From Eledone cirrhosa (lineage: Eukaryota): a DNA stretch of 64,000 nucleotides. The notes below the pieces were generated by a model. The model saw only the letters and a list, made by a program, of their open reading frames with translations, was not told the DNA's origin and ran no database searches. Shown here piece after piece: positions 27,401 to 41,100 of the stretch. Positions within the stretch are counted from its first letter, which is position 1; every line of letters begins with the position of its first letter. The stretch is from assembly GCA_964016885.1 (NCBI GenBank), contig OZ024740.1:137516001-137580000 (forward strand), in the 5' to 3' direction. A program made the translations under genes and the position numbers.

Positions 27401-30400
27401 CAATTCTCTCTTTCTCTTATCACTTTTCTCTCAATCTCCAATTCTCTCTTTCCCTTATCACTTTTCTCTCACTCTCCAATTCTCTCTTTCTCTTATGACT
27501 TTTCCCCGAATCTCCAATTCTCTCTTTCTCTCATCACTTTTCTCTCAATCTCCGATTCTCTCTTTCTCTTATCACTTTTCTCTCAATCTCCAATTCTCTC
27601 TTTCTCTTATCACTTTTCCCCCATCTCCAATTCTCTCTTTCTCTTATCACTTTTCTCTCAATCTCCAATTCTCTCTTTCCCTTATCACTTTTCTCTCAAT
27701 CTCCAATTCTCTCTTTCTCAAATCACTTTTCTCTCAATCTCCTATTCTCTCTTTCTCTTATCACTTTTCTCTCACTCTCCAATTCTCTCTTTCTCTTATG
27801 ACTTTTCCTCCAATCTCCAATTCTCTCTTTCTCTTATCCCTTTTCTCTCAATCTCCAATTCTCTCTTTCTTTTCTCACTTTTCCCCCAACCTCCAATTCT
27901 CTCTTTCTCTTCACACTTTTCCCCCAATCTCCAATTCTCTCTCTTTCTCTTATCACTTTCCCCCCAATCTCCAATTCTCTCTTTCTTTTCTCACTTTTCC
28001 CCCAATCTCCAATTCTCTATTTCTCTACACACAAATCCCCTAATCTCCAATTCTCTCTTTCACTTATCAATTTTCTCTCAATCTCCAATTCTCTCTTTCT
28101 CTTATCACTTTTCTCTCAATCTCCAATTCTCTCAATCTCTTATCACTTTTCTCTCAATCTCCAATTCCCTCTTTCTCTTATCACTTTTCTCTCAATCTCT
28201 AATTCTCTCTTTCTCTCATCACTTTTCCCACAATCTCCAATTCTCTCTTTCTCTTATCACTTTTCTCTCAATCTCCAATTCTCTCTTTCTCTTATCACTT
28301 TTCCCCCAATCTCCAATTCTCTCTTTCTCTTATCACTTTTCTCGCACTCTCCAATTCTCTATTTCTCTTATGACGTTTCCCCAATCTCCAATTCTCTCTT
28401 TCTCTTATCACTTTTCCCCCCATCTCCAATTCTCTCTTTCTCTTATCACTTTTCTCTCACTCTCCAATTCTCTCTTTCTCTTATGACTTTTCCCCCAATC
28501 TCCAAATCTCTCTTTCTCTTATCCCTTTTCTCTCAATCTCCAATTCTCTCTTTCTTTTCTCACTTTTCCCCCAACCTCCAATTCTCTCTTTCTCTTCACA
28601 CTTTTCTCCCAATCTCCAATTCTCTCTTTCTCTTATCACTTTTCCCCCAATCTCAAAATTCTCTCTTTCTCTTATCCCTTTTCTCTCAATCTCCAATTCT
28701 CTCTTTCTTTTCTCAATTTTCCCCCAATCTCCAATTCTCTCTTTCTCTCATCACTTTTCTCTGAATCTCCAATTCTCTCTTTCTCTTATCACTTTTCTCT
28801 CCATCTCCAATTCTCTCTTTCTCTTATCACTTTTCTCTCAATCTCCAAATCTCTCTTTCTCTTCTCACTTTTCCCCCAATCTCCAATTCTCTCTTTCTCT
28901 TCTCACTTTTCCCCCAATCTCCAATTCTCTCTTTCTCTCATCACTTTTCTGTCAATCTCCAATTCTCTCTTTCCTTTATCACTTTTCTCTCAATCTCCAA
29001 TTCTCTCTTTCTCAAATGACTTTTCTCTCAATCTCCTATTCTCTCTTTCTCTTATCACTTTTCTCTCAATCTCCAATTCCCTCTTTCTCTTATCACTTTT
29101 CTCTCAATCTCTAATTATCTCTTTCTCTTATCACTTTTCTCTCAATCTCCAATTCTCTCTTATTCTTATCACTTTTCTCTCAATCTCCAATTCTCTCTTT
29201 CTCTTATCACTTTTCCCCCAATCTCCAATTCTCTCTTTCTCTTATCACTTTTCCCCCATCTCCTATTCTCTCTTTCTCTTATCACTTTTCTCTCAATCTC
29301 CAATTCTCTCTTTCTCTTATCACTTTTCTCTCAATCTCCAATTCTCTCTTTCTCTTATCACTTTTCCCACCAATCTCCAATTCTCTCTTTCTCTTATCAC
29401 TTTTCTCTCACTCTCCAATTCTCTCTTTCTCTTATGACTTTTCCCCCAATCTCCAATTCTCTCTTTCTCTTATCGCTTTTCTCTCAATCTCCAATTCTCT
29501 CTTAGTCTTCTCACTTTTCCCCCAATCTCCAATTCTCTCTTTCTCTTCACAATTTTCCCCCAATCTCCAATTCTCTCTTTCTCTTATCACATTTCCCCCA
29601 ATCTCCAATTCTCTCTTTCTCTTATCCCTTTTCTCTCAATCTCCAATTCTCTCAATCTCTTATCACTTTTCTCTCAATCTCCAATTCCCTCTTTCTCTTA
29701 TCACTTTTCTCTCAATCTCTAATTCTCTCTTTCTCATATCACTTTTCTCTCAATCTCCAATTCTCTCTTTCTCTTATCACTTTTCCCCCAATCTCCAAAT
29801 CTCTCTTTCTCTTATCACTTTTCTCTCACTCTCCAATTCTCTATTTCTCTTATGACTTTTCCCCCAATCCCCAATTCTCTCTTTCTATTATCAATTTTCT
29901 CTCAATCTCCAATTCTCTCTTTGTCTTCTCACTTTTCTGTCAATCTCCAATCCTCTCTTTCTGTTCTCAGTTTACCCCCTATCTCCAATTCTCTCTTTCT
30001 CTCATCACTTTTCTCTCAATCTCCAATTCTCTCTTTCTCTTATCACTTTTCCCCCATCTCCAATTCTCTCTTTCTCTTATCACTTTTCTCTCAATCTCCC
30101 ATTCTCTCTTTCTCTTATCACTTTTCTCTCAATCTCCAATTCTCTCTTTCTCTTATCACTTTTCTCTCAATCTCCAATTCTCTCTTTCTCTTATCACTTT
30201 TCTCTCAATCTCCAATTCTCTCTTTCTCTTATCACTTTTCTCTCAATCTCCAATTCTCTCTTTCTCTTATCACTTTTCCCCCAATCTCCAATTCTCTCTT
30301 TCTCTTATAACTTTTCTCTCACTCTCCAATTCTCTCTTTCTCTTATCACTTTTCCCCCAATCTCCAATTCTCTCTTTCTCTTATCACTTTTCTCTCAATC

Positions 30401-33400
30401 TCCAATTCTCCATTTCACTTATCACTTTTTCTCAATCTCCATTTCTCTCTTTCTCTTCTCACTCTTCCCCCAATCTCCAATTCTCTCTTTCTCTTCTCAC
30501 ATTTTCCCCAATCTCCAATTCTCTCTTTCTCTCATAACTTTTCTCTCAATCTCCAATTCTCTCTTTCTGTTATCAATTTTCTCTCAATCTCCAATTCTCT
30601 CTTTCTATTATCACTTTTCTCTCAATCTCCAATTCTCTCTTTCTCTTATCACTTTTCTCTCCATCTCCAAGTCTCTCTTTCTCTTATCACTTTTCTCTCA
30701 ATCTCCAAATCTCTCTTTCTCTTCTCACTTTTCTCCCAATCTCCAATTCTCTCTTTCTCTTCTCACTTTTCCCCCAATCTCCAATTCTCTCTTTCTCTCA
30801 TCACTTTTCTCTCAATCTCCAATTCTCTCTTTCTCTCATCACTTTTCCTCCATCTCCAATTCTCTCTTTCTCTTATCACTTTTCTCTCAATCTCCAATTC
30901 TCTCTTTCCCTTATCACTTTTCTCTCAATCTCCAATTCTCTCTTTCTCAAATCACTTTTCTCTCAATCTCCTATTCTCTCTTTCTCTTATCACTTTTCTC
31001 TCACTCTCCAATTCTCTCTTTCTCTTATGACTTTTCCCCCAATCTCCAATTCTCTCTTTCTCTTATCCCTTTTCTCTCAATCTCCAATTCTCTCTTTCTT
31101 TTCTCACTTTTCCCCCAACCTCCAATTCTCTCTTTCTCTTCACACTTTTCCCCCAATCTCCAATTTTCTCTTTCTCTTATCACTTTTCCCCCAATCTCTA
31201 ATTCTCTCTTTCTCTTATCCCTTTTCTCTCAATCTCCAATTCTCTCTTTCTTTTCTCACTTTTCCCCCATCTCCAATTCTCTCTTTCTCTTATCACTTTT
31301 CTCTCAATCTCCAATTCTCTCTTTCCCTTATCACTTTTCTCTCAATCTCCAATTCTCTCTTTCTCAAATCACTTTTCTCTCAATCTCCTATTCTCTCTTT
31401 CTCTTATCACTTTTCTCTCACTCTCCAATTCTCTCTTTCTCTTATGACTTTTCCCCCAATCTCCAATTCTCTCTTTCTCTCATCACTTTTCTCTCAATCT
31501 CCAATTCTCTCTTTCTCTTATCACTTTTCTCTCAATCTCCAATTCTCTCTTTCTCTTATCACTTTTCCCCCATCTCCAATGCTCTCTTTCTCTTATCACT
31601 TTTCTCTCAATCTCCAATTCTCTCTTTCCCTTATCACTTTTCTCTCAATCTCCAATTCTCTCTTTCTCAAATCACTTTTCTCTCAATCTCCTATTCTCTC
31701 TTTCTCTTATCACTTTTCTCTCACTCTCCAATTCTCTCTTTCTCTTATGACTTTTCCCCCAATCTCCAATTCTCTCTTTCTCTTATCCCTTTTCTCTCAA
31801 TCTCCAATTCTCTCTTTCTTTTCTCACTTTTCCCCCAACCTCCAATTCTCTATTTCTCTTCACACTTTTCCCCCAATCTCCAATTCTCTCTCTTTCTCTT
31901 ATCACTTTCCCCGCAATCTCTAATTCTCTCTTTCTCTTATCCCTTTTCTCTCAATCTCCAATTCTCTCTTTCTTTTCTCACTTTTCCCCCAATCTCCAAT
32001 TCTCTATTTCTCTACACACAAATCCCCTAATCTCCAATTCTCTCTTTCACTTATCAATTTTCTCTCAATCTCCAATTCTCTCTTTCTCTTATCACTTTTC
32101 TCTCAATCTCCAATTCTCTCAATCTCTTATCACTTTTCTCTGAATCTCCAATTCCCTCTTTCTCTTATCACTTTTCTCTCAATCTCTAATTCTCTCTTTC
32201 TCTCATCACTTTTCCCACAATCTCCAATTCTCTCTTTCTCTTATCACTTTTCTCTCAATCTCCAATTCTCTCTTTCTCTTATCACTTTTCCCCCAATCTC
32301 CAATTCTCTCTTTCTCTTATCACTTTTCTCGCACTCTCCAATTCTCTATTTCTCTTATGACGTTTCCCCAATCTCCAATTCTCTCTTTCTCTTATCACTT
32401 TTCCCCCCATCTCCAATTCTCTCTTTCTCTTATCACTTTTCTCTCACTCTCCAATTCTCTCTTTCTCTTATGACTTTCCCCCCAATCTCCAAATCTCTCT
32501 TTCTCTTATCCCTTTTCTCTCAATCTCCAATTCTCTCTTTCTTTTCTCACTTTTCCCCCAACCTCCAATTCTCTCTTTCTCTTCACACTTTTCCCCCAAT
32601 CTCCAATTCTCTCTTTCTCTTATCACTTTTCCCCCAATCTCAAAATTCTCTCTTTCTCTTATCCCTTTTCTCTCAATCTCCAATTCTCTCTTTCTCTTAT
32701 CACTTTTCTCTCACTCTCCAATTCTCTCTTTCTATTATCACTTTTCCCCCAATCTCCAATTCTCTCTTTCTCTTATCAATTTTCTCTCAATCTCCAATTC
32801 TCTCTTTCTTTTCTCAATTTTCCCCCAATCTCCAATTCTCTCTTTCTCTCATCACTTTTCTCTGAATCTCCAATTCTCTCTTTCTCTTATCACTTTTCTC
32901 TCCATCTCCAATTCTCTCTTTCTCTTATCACTTTTCTCTCAATCTTCAAATCTCTCTTTCTCTTCTCACTTTTCCCCCAATCTCCAATTCTCTCTTTCTC
33001 TTCTCACTTTTCCCCCAATCTCCAATTCTCTCTTTCTCTCATCACTTTTCTGTCAATCTCCAATTCTCTCTTTCCCTTATCACTTTTCTCTCAATCTCCA
33101 ATTCTCTCTTTCTCAAATGACTTTTCTCTCAATCTCCTATTCTCTCTTTCTCTTATCACTTTTCTCTCAATCTCCAATTCCCTCTTTCTCTTATCACTTT
33201 TCTCTCAATCTCTAATTATCTCTTTCTCTTATCACTTTTCTCTCAATCTCCAATTCTCTCTTATTCTTGTCACTTTTCTCTCAATCTCCAATTCTCTCTT
33301 TCTCTTATCACTTTTCCCCCAATCTCCAATTCTCTCTTTCTCTTATCACTTTTCCCCCATCTCCTATTCTCTCTTTCTCTTATCACTTTTCTCTCAATCT

Positions 33401-33450
33401 CCAATTCTCTCTTTCTCTTATCACTTTTCTCTCAATCTCCAATTCTCTCT
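21250..33450. repeat. Three related copies of a ~2.5-3 kb block (starting near 21.3, 27.0 and 30.8 kb)
   Basis: Homologous ORF starts are 21466/27154/31027 and 22900/28483/32470. The CAATCTCAAAATT and CTGAATC variants are shared. CCCCGAAT occurs in the first two copies only (ORFs at 21882 and 27495). Confidence 0.8.
23620..25630. repeat. Tandem duplication, 989-bp unit (26 monomers) x2
   Basis: The CCCACCAAT variant A is at 23784 and 24773. The TATCGC variant G is at 23890/24879 and 24575/25564. Confidence 0.88.
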
Positions 33451-35199
33451 TTCTCAAATGACTTTTCTCTGAATCTCCTATTCTCTCTTTCTCTTATCAC
33501 TTTTCTCTCAATCTCCAATTCCCTCTTTCTCTTATCACTTTTCTCTCAATCTCTAAATATCTCTTTCGCTTATCACTTTTCTCTCAATCTCCAATTCTCT
33601 CTTTCTCTTATCACTTTTCTATCAATCTCCAATTCTCTCTTTCTCTTATCACTTTTCCCCCCCAATCTCCAATTCTCTCTTTCTCTTATCACTTTTCTCT
33701 CACTCTCCAATTCTCTCTTTCTCTTATGACTTTTCCCCCAATCTCCAATTCGATCTTTCCCTTATCCCTTTTCTCTCAATCTCCAATTCTCTCTTTCTTT
33801 TCTCACTTTTCCCCCAATCTCCAATTCTCTCTTTCTCTTCACAATTTTCCCCCAACCTCCAATTCTCTCTTTCTCTTATCACATTTCCCCCAACTCCAAT
33901 TCTCTCTTTCTCTTATCCCTTTTCTCTCAATCTCCAATTCTCTCAATCTCTTATCACTTTTCTCTCAATCTCCAATTCCCTCTTTCTCTTATCACTTTTC
34001 TCTCAATCTCTAATTCTCTCTTTCTCTTATCACTTTTCTCTCAATCTCCAATTCTCTCTTTCTCTTATCACTTTTCCCCCAATCTCCAATTCTCTCTTTC
34101 TCTTATCACTTTTCTCTCAATCTCCAATTCTCTCTTTCTCTTATCACTTTTCCCCCAATCTTCAATTCTCTCTTTCTCTTATCACTTTTCTCTCACTCTC
34201 CAATTCTCTATTTCTCTTATGACTTTTCCCCCAATCCCCAATTCTCTCTTTCTATTATCAATTTTCTCTCAATCTCCAATTCTTTCTTTCTCTAATCACT
34301 TTTCCCCCAATCTCCAATTCTCTCTCTTTCTCTTATCACTTTTCTCTCAATCTCCAATTCTCTCTTTCTCTTATCACTTTTCCCCCAATCTCCAATTCTC
34401 TCTTTCTCTTCTCACTTTTCTCTGAATCTCCAATTCTCTCTATGTCTTTTCACTTTTCTGTCAATCTCCAATCCTCTCTTTCTGTTCTCAGTTTACCCCC
34501 TATCTCCAATTCTCTCTTTCTCTCATCACTTTTCTCTCAATCTCCAATTCTCTCTTTCTCTTATCACTTTTCCCCCATCTCCAATTCTCTCTTTCTCTTA
34601 TCACTTTTCTCTCAATCTCCAATTCTCTCTTTCTCTTATCACTTTTCTCTTAATCTCCAATTCTCTCTTTCTCTTATCACTTTTCTCTCAATCTCCAATT
34701 CTCTCTTTCTCTTATCACTTTTCTCTCAATCTCCAATTCTCTCTTTCTCTTATCACTTTTCTCTCAATCTCCAATTCTCTCTTTCTCCTATCACTTTTCC
34801 CCCAATCTCCAATTCTCTCTTTCTCTTATCACTTTTCTCTCACTCTCCAATTCTCTCTTTCTCTTATCACTTTTCCCCCAATCTCCAATTCTCTCTTTCT
34901 CTTATCAATTTTCTCTCAATCTCCAATTCTTTCTTTCTCTAATCACTTTTCCCCCAATCTCCAATTCTCTTATTCTCTCATTACTTTTCTCTCAATCTCC
35001 AATTCTCCTTTTCACGTATCACTTTTTCTCAATCTCCATTTCTCTCTTTCTCTTCTCACTCTTCCCCCAATCTCCAATTCTCTCTTTCTCTTCTCACTTT
35101 TCCCCCAATCTCCAATTCTCTCTTTCTCTTCTCACTTTTCCCCCAATCTCCAATTCTCTCTTTCTCTCATCACTTTTCTCTCAATCTCCAATTCTCTCT

Positions 35200-38100
35200 T
35201 TCTCTTATCACTTTTCTCTCACTCTCCAATTCTCTATTTCTCTTATGACTTTTCCCCCAATCCCCAATTCTCTCTTTCTATTATCAATTTTCTCTCAATC
35301 TCCAATTCTTTCTTTCTCTAATCACTTTTCCCCCAATCTCCAGTTCTCTCTCTTTCTCTTAACACTTTTCTCTCAATCTCCAATTCTCTCTTTCTCATAT
35401 CACTTTTCCCCCAATCTCCAATTCTCTCTTTCTCTTCTCACTTTTCTCTGAATCTCCAATTCTCGCTTTGTCTTCTCACTTTTCTGTCAATCTCCAATCC
35501 TCTCTTTCTGTTCTCAGTTTACCCCCTATCTCCAACTCTCTCTTTCTCTCATCACTTTTCTATCAATCTCCAATTCTCTCTTTCTCTTATCACTTTTCCC
35601 CCATCTCCAATTCTCTCTTTCTCTTATCACTTTTCTCTCAATCTCCAATTCTCTCTTTCTCTTATCACTTTTCTCTCAATCTCCAATTCTCTCTTTCTCT
35701 TATCACTTTTTTCTCAATCTCCAATTCTCTCTTTCTCTTATCACTTTTCCCCCATCTCCAATTCTCTTTTTCTCTTATCACTTTTCTCTCAATCTCCAAT
35801 TCTCTCTTTCTCTTATCACTTTTCTCTCAATCTCCAATTCTCTCTTTCTCTTATCACTTTTCTCTCAATCTCCAATTCTCTCTTTCTCTTATCACTTTTC
35901 CCCCAATCTCCAATTCTCTCTTTCTCTTATCACTTTTCTCTCACTCTCCAATTCTCTCTTTCTATTATCACTTTTCCCCCAATCTCCAATTCTCTCTTTC
36001 TCTTATCAATTTTCTCTCAATCTCCAATTCTTTCTTTCTCTAATCACTTTTCCCCCAATCTCCAATTCTCTCTTTCTCTTATCACTTTTCTCTCAATCTC
36101 CAATTCTCCTTTTCACTTATCACTTTTTCTCAATCTCCATTTCTCTCTTTCTATTCTCACTCTTCCCCCAATCTCCAATTCTCTCTTTCTCTTCTCACAT
36201 TTCCCCCAATCTCAAATTCTCTCTTTCTCTCATCACTTTTCTCTCAATCTCCAATTCTCTCTTTCTGTTATCAATTTTCTCTCAATCTCCAATTCTTTCT
36301 TTCTCTTATCACTTTTCTCTCAAATTCCAATTCTCTCTTTCACTTATCACTTTTTTCTCAATCTCCAATTCTCTCTTTCTCTTATCACTTTTCTCTCAAT
36401 CTCCAATTCTCTCTTTCTCTTATCACTTTTCTCCCAATCTCCAATTCTCTCTTTCTATTATCACTTTTCTCTCAATCTCCAATTCTCTCTTTCTCTTATC
36501 ACTTTTCTCTCCATCTCCAAGTCTCTCTTTCTCTTATCACTTTTCTCTCAATCTCCAATTCTCTCTTTCTGTTATCAATTTTCTCTCAATCTCCAATTCT
36601 TTCTTTCTCTTATCACTTTTCTCTCAAATTCCAATTCCCTCTTTCTCTTATCACTTTTCTCTCAATCTCTAATTCTCTCTTTCTCTTATCACTTTTCTCT
36701 CAATCTCCAATTCTCTCTTTCTCTTATCACTTTTCCCCCAATCTCCAATTCTCTCTTTCTCTTATCACTTTTCTCTCAATCTCCAATTCTCTCTTTCTCT
36801 TATCACTTTTCCCCCAATCTCCAATTCTCTCTTTCTCTTATCACTTTTCTCTCACTCTCCAATTCTCTATTTCTCTTATGACTTTTCCCCCAATCCCCAA
36901 TTCTCTCTTTCTATTATCAATTTTCTCTCAATCTCCAATTCTTTCTTTCTCTAATCACTTTTCCCCCAATCTCCAATTCTCTCTCTTTCTCTTATCACTT
37001 TTCTCTCAATCTCCAATTCTCTCTTTCTCTTATCACTTTTCCCCCAATCTCCAATTCTCTCTTTCTCTTCTCACTTTTCTCTGAATCTCCAATTCTCTCT
37101 ATGTCTTCTCACTTTTCTGTCAATCTCCAATCCTCTCTTTCTGTTCTCAGTTTACCCCCTATCTCCAATTCTCTCTTTCTCTCATCACTTTTCTCTCAAT
37201 CTCCAATTCTCTCTTTCTCTTATCACTTTTCCCCCATCTCCAATTCTCTCTTTCTCTTATCACTTTTCTCTCAATCTCCAACTCTCTCTTTCTCTTATCA
37301 CTTTTCTCTTAATCTCCAATTCTCTCTTTCTCTTATCACTTTTCTCTCAATCTCCAATTCTCTCTTTCTCTTATCACTTTTCTCTCAATCTCCAATTCTC
37401 TCTTTCTCTTATCACTTTTCTCTCAATCTCCAATTCTCTCTTTCTCCTATCACTTTTCCCCCAATCTCCAATTCTCTCTTTCTCTTATCACTTTTCTCTC
37501 ACTCTCCAATTCTCTCTTTCTCTTATCACTTTTCCCCCAATCTCCAATTCTCTCTTTCTCTTATCAATTTTCTCTCAATCTCCAATTCTTTCTTTCTCTA
37601 ATCACTTTTCCCCCAATCTCCAATTCTCTTATTCTCTCATTACTTTTCTCTCAATCTCCAATTCTCCTTTTCACGTATCACTTTTTCTCAATCTCCATTT
37701 CTCTCTTTCTCTTCTCACTCTTCCCCCAATCTCCAATTCTCTCTTTCTCTCATCACTTTTCTCTCAATCTCCAATTCTCTCTTTCTGTTATCAATTTTCT
37801 CTCAATCTCCAATTCTCTCTTTCTATTATCACTTTTCTCTCCATCTCCAAGTCTCTCTTTCTCTTATCACTTTTCTCTCAATCTCCAAATCTCTCTTTCT
37901 CTTCTCACTTTTCTCCCAATTTCCAATTCTCTCTTTCTCTTCTCACTTTTCCCGCAATCTCCAATTCTCTCTTTCTCTCATTACTTTTCTCTCAATCTCC
38001 AATTCTCTCTTTCTCTTACCACTTTTCTCTCAATCTCTAATTCTCTCTTTCTCTTATCACTTTTCCCCCATCTCCAATTCTCTCTTTCTCTTATCACTTT

Positions 38101-41100
38101 TCTCTCAATCTCCAATTCTCTCTTTCCCTTATCACTTTTCTCTCAATCTCCAATTCTCTCTTTCTCAAATCACTTTTCTCTCAATCTCCTATTCTCTCTT
38201 TCTCTTATCACTTTTCTCTCACTCTCCAATTCTCTCTTTCTCTTATGACTTTTGCCCCAATCTCCAATTCTCTCTTTCTCTTATCCGTTTTCTCTCAATC
38301 TCCAATTCTCTCTTTCTTTTCTCACTTTTCCCCCAACCTCCAATTCTCTCTTTCTCTCCACACTTTTCCCCCAATCTCCTATTTTCTCTTTCTCTTATCA
38401 CTTTTCCCCCAATCTCTAATTCTCTCTTTCTCTTATCCCTTTTCTCTCAATCTCCAATTCTCTCTTTCTTTTCTCACTTTTCCCCCAACCTCCAATTCTC
38501 TCTTTCTCTCATCACTTTTCTCTCAATCTCCAATTCTCTCTTTCTCTTATCACTTTTCTCTCCATCTCCAATTCTCTCTTTCTCTTCTCACTTTTCCCCC
38601 AATCTCCAATTCTCTCTTTCTCTTCTCACTTTTCCCCCAATCTCCAATTCTCTCTTTCTCTCATCACTTTTCTCTCAATCTCCAATTCTCTCTTTCTCTT
38701 ATCACTTTTCTCTCACTCTCCAATTCTCTATTTCTCTTATGACTTTTCCCCCAATCCCCAATTCTCTCTTTCTATTATCAATTTTCTCTCAATCTCCAAT
38801 TCTTTCTTTCTCTAATCACTTTTCCCCCAATCTCCAATTCTCTCTCTTTCTCTTAACACTTTTCTCTCAATCTCCAATTCTCTCTTTCTCATATCACTTT
38901 TCCCCCAATCTCCAATTCTCTCTTTCTCTTCTCACTTTTCTCTGAATCTCCAATTCTCGCTTTGTCTTCTCACTTTTCTGTCAATCTCCAATCCTCTCTT
39001 TCTGTTCTCAGTTTACCCCCTATCTCCAACTCTCTCTTTCTCTCATCACTTTTCTATCAATCTCCAATTCTCTCTTTCTCTTATCACTTTTCCCCCATCT
39101 CCAATTCTCTCTTTCTCTTATCACTTTTCTCTCAATCTCCAATTCTCTCTTTCTCTTATCACTTTTCTCTCAATCTCCAATTCTCTCTTTCTCTTATCAC
39201 TTTTCTCTCAATCTCCAATTCTCTCTTTCTCTTATCACTTTTCCCCCATCTCCAATTCTCTCTTTCTCTTATCACTTTTCTCTCAATCTCCAATTCTCTC
39301 TTTCTCTTATCACTTTTCTCTCAATCTCCAATTCTCTCTTTCTCTTATCACTTTTCTCTCAATCTCCAATTCTCTCTTTCTCTTATCACTTTTCCCCCAA
39401 TCTCCAATTCTCTCTTTCTCTTATCACTTTTCTCTCACTCTCCAATTCTCTCTTTCTATTATCACTTTTCCCCCAATCTCCAATTCTCTCTTTCTCTTAT
39501 CAATTTTCTCTCAATCTCCAATTCTTTCTTTCTCTAATCACTTTTCCCCCAATCTCCAATTCTCTCTTTCTCTTATCACTTTTCTCTCAATCTCCAATTC
39601 TCCTTTTCACTTATCACTTTTTCTCAATCTCCATTTCTCTCTTTCTATTCACACTCTTCCCCCAATCTCCAATTCTCTCTTTCTCTTCTCACATTTCCCC
39701 CAATCTCCAATCCTCTCTTTCTCTCATCACTTTTCTCTCAATCTCCAATTCTCTCTTTCTGTTATCAATTTTCTCTCAATCTCCAATTCTTTCTTTCTCT
39801 TATCACTTTTCTCTCAAATTCCAATTCTCTCTTTCACTTATCACTTTTTTCTCAATCTCCAATTCTCTCTTTCTCTTATCACTTTTCTCTCAATCTCCAA
39901 TTCTCTCTTTCTCTTATCACTTTTCTCCCAATCTCCAATTCTCTCTTTCTATTATCACTTTTCTCTCAATCTCCAATTCTCTCTTTCTCTTATCACTTTT
40001 CTCTCCATCTCCAAGTCTCTCTTTCTCTTATCACTTTTCTCTCAATCTCCAAATCTCTCTTTCTCTTCTCACTTTTCTCCCAATCTCCAATTCTCTCTTT
40101 CTCTTCTCAATTTTCTCCCAATCTCCAATTCTCTCTTTCTCTCATCACTTTTCTCTCAATCTCCAATTCTCTCTTTCTCTTATCACTTTTCTCTCAATCT
40201 CCAATTCTCTCTTTCTCTTATCACTTTTCTCTCAATCTCCAATTCTCTCTTTCCCTTATCACTTTTCTCTCAATCTCCAATTCTCTCTTCCTGAAATCAC
40301 TTTTCTCTCAATCTCCTATTCTCTCTTTCTCTTATCACTTTTCTCTCACTCTCCAATTCTCTCTTTCTCTTATGACTTTTCCCCCAATCTCCAATTCTAT
40401 CTTTCTCTTATCCCTTTTCTCTCAATCTCCAATTCTCTCTTTCTTTTCTCACTTTTCCCCCAACCTCCAATTCTCTCTTTCTCTTCACACTTTTCCCCCA
40501 ATCTCCAATTCTCTCTTTCTCTTATCACTTTTCCCCCAATCTCTAATTCTCTCTTTCTCTTATCCCTTTTCTCTCAATCTCCAATTCTCTCTTTCTTTTC
40601 TCACTTTTCCCCCAACCTCCAATTCTCTCTTTCTCTCATCACTTTTCTCTCAATCTCCAATTCTCTCTTTCTCTTATCACTTTTCTCTCCATCTCCAATT
40701 CTCTCTTTCTCTTATCACTTTTCTCTCAATCTCCAAATCTCTCTTTCTCTTCTCACTTTTCCCCCAATCTCCAATTCTCTCTTTCTCTTCTCACTTTTCC
40801 CCCAATCTCCAATTCTCTCTTTCCCTCATCACTTTTCTCTCAATCTCCAATTCTCGCTTTGTCTTCTCACTTTTCTGTCAATCTCCAATCCTCTCTTTCT
40901 GTTCTGAGTTTACCCCCTATCTCCAACTCTCTCTTTCTCTCATCACTTTTCTATCAATCTCCAATTCTCTCTTTCTCTTATCACTTTTCTCTCAATCTCC
41001 AATTCTCTCTTTCTCTTATCACTTTTTTCTCAATCTCCAATTCTCTCTTTCTCTTATCACTTTTCCCCCATCTCCAATTCTCTTTTTCTCTTATCACTTT

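Noticed and set aside
1967-32683. Short - strand E/R/K-rich ORFs
   Set aside because: They occur only where variants remove the TGATAA stops for a few monomers, and they are simply the reverse translation of the satellite.
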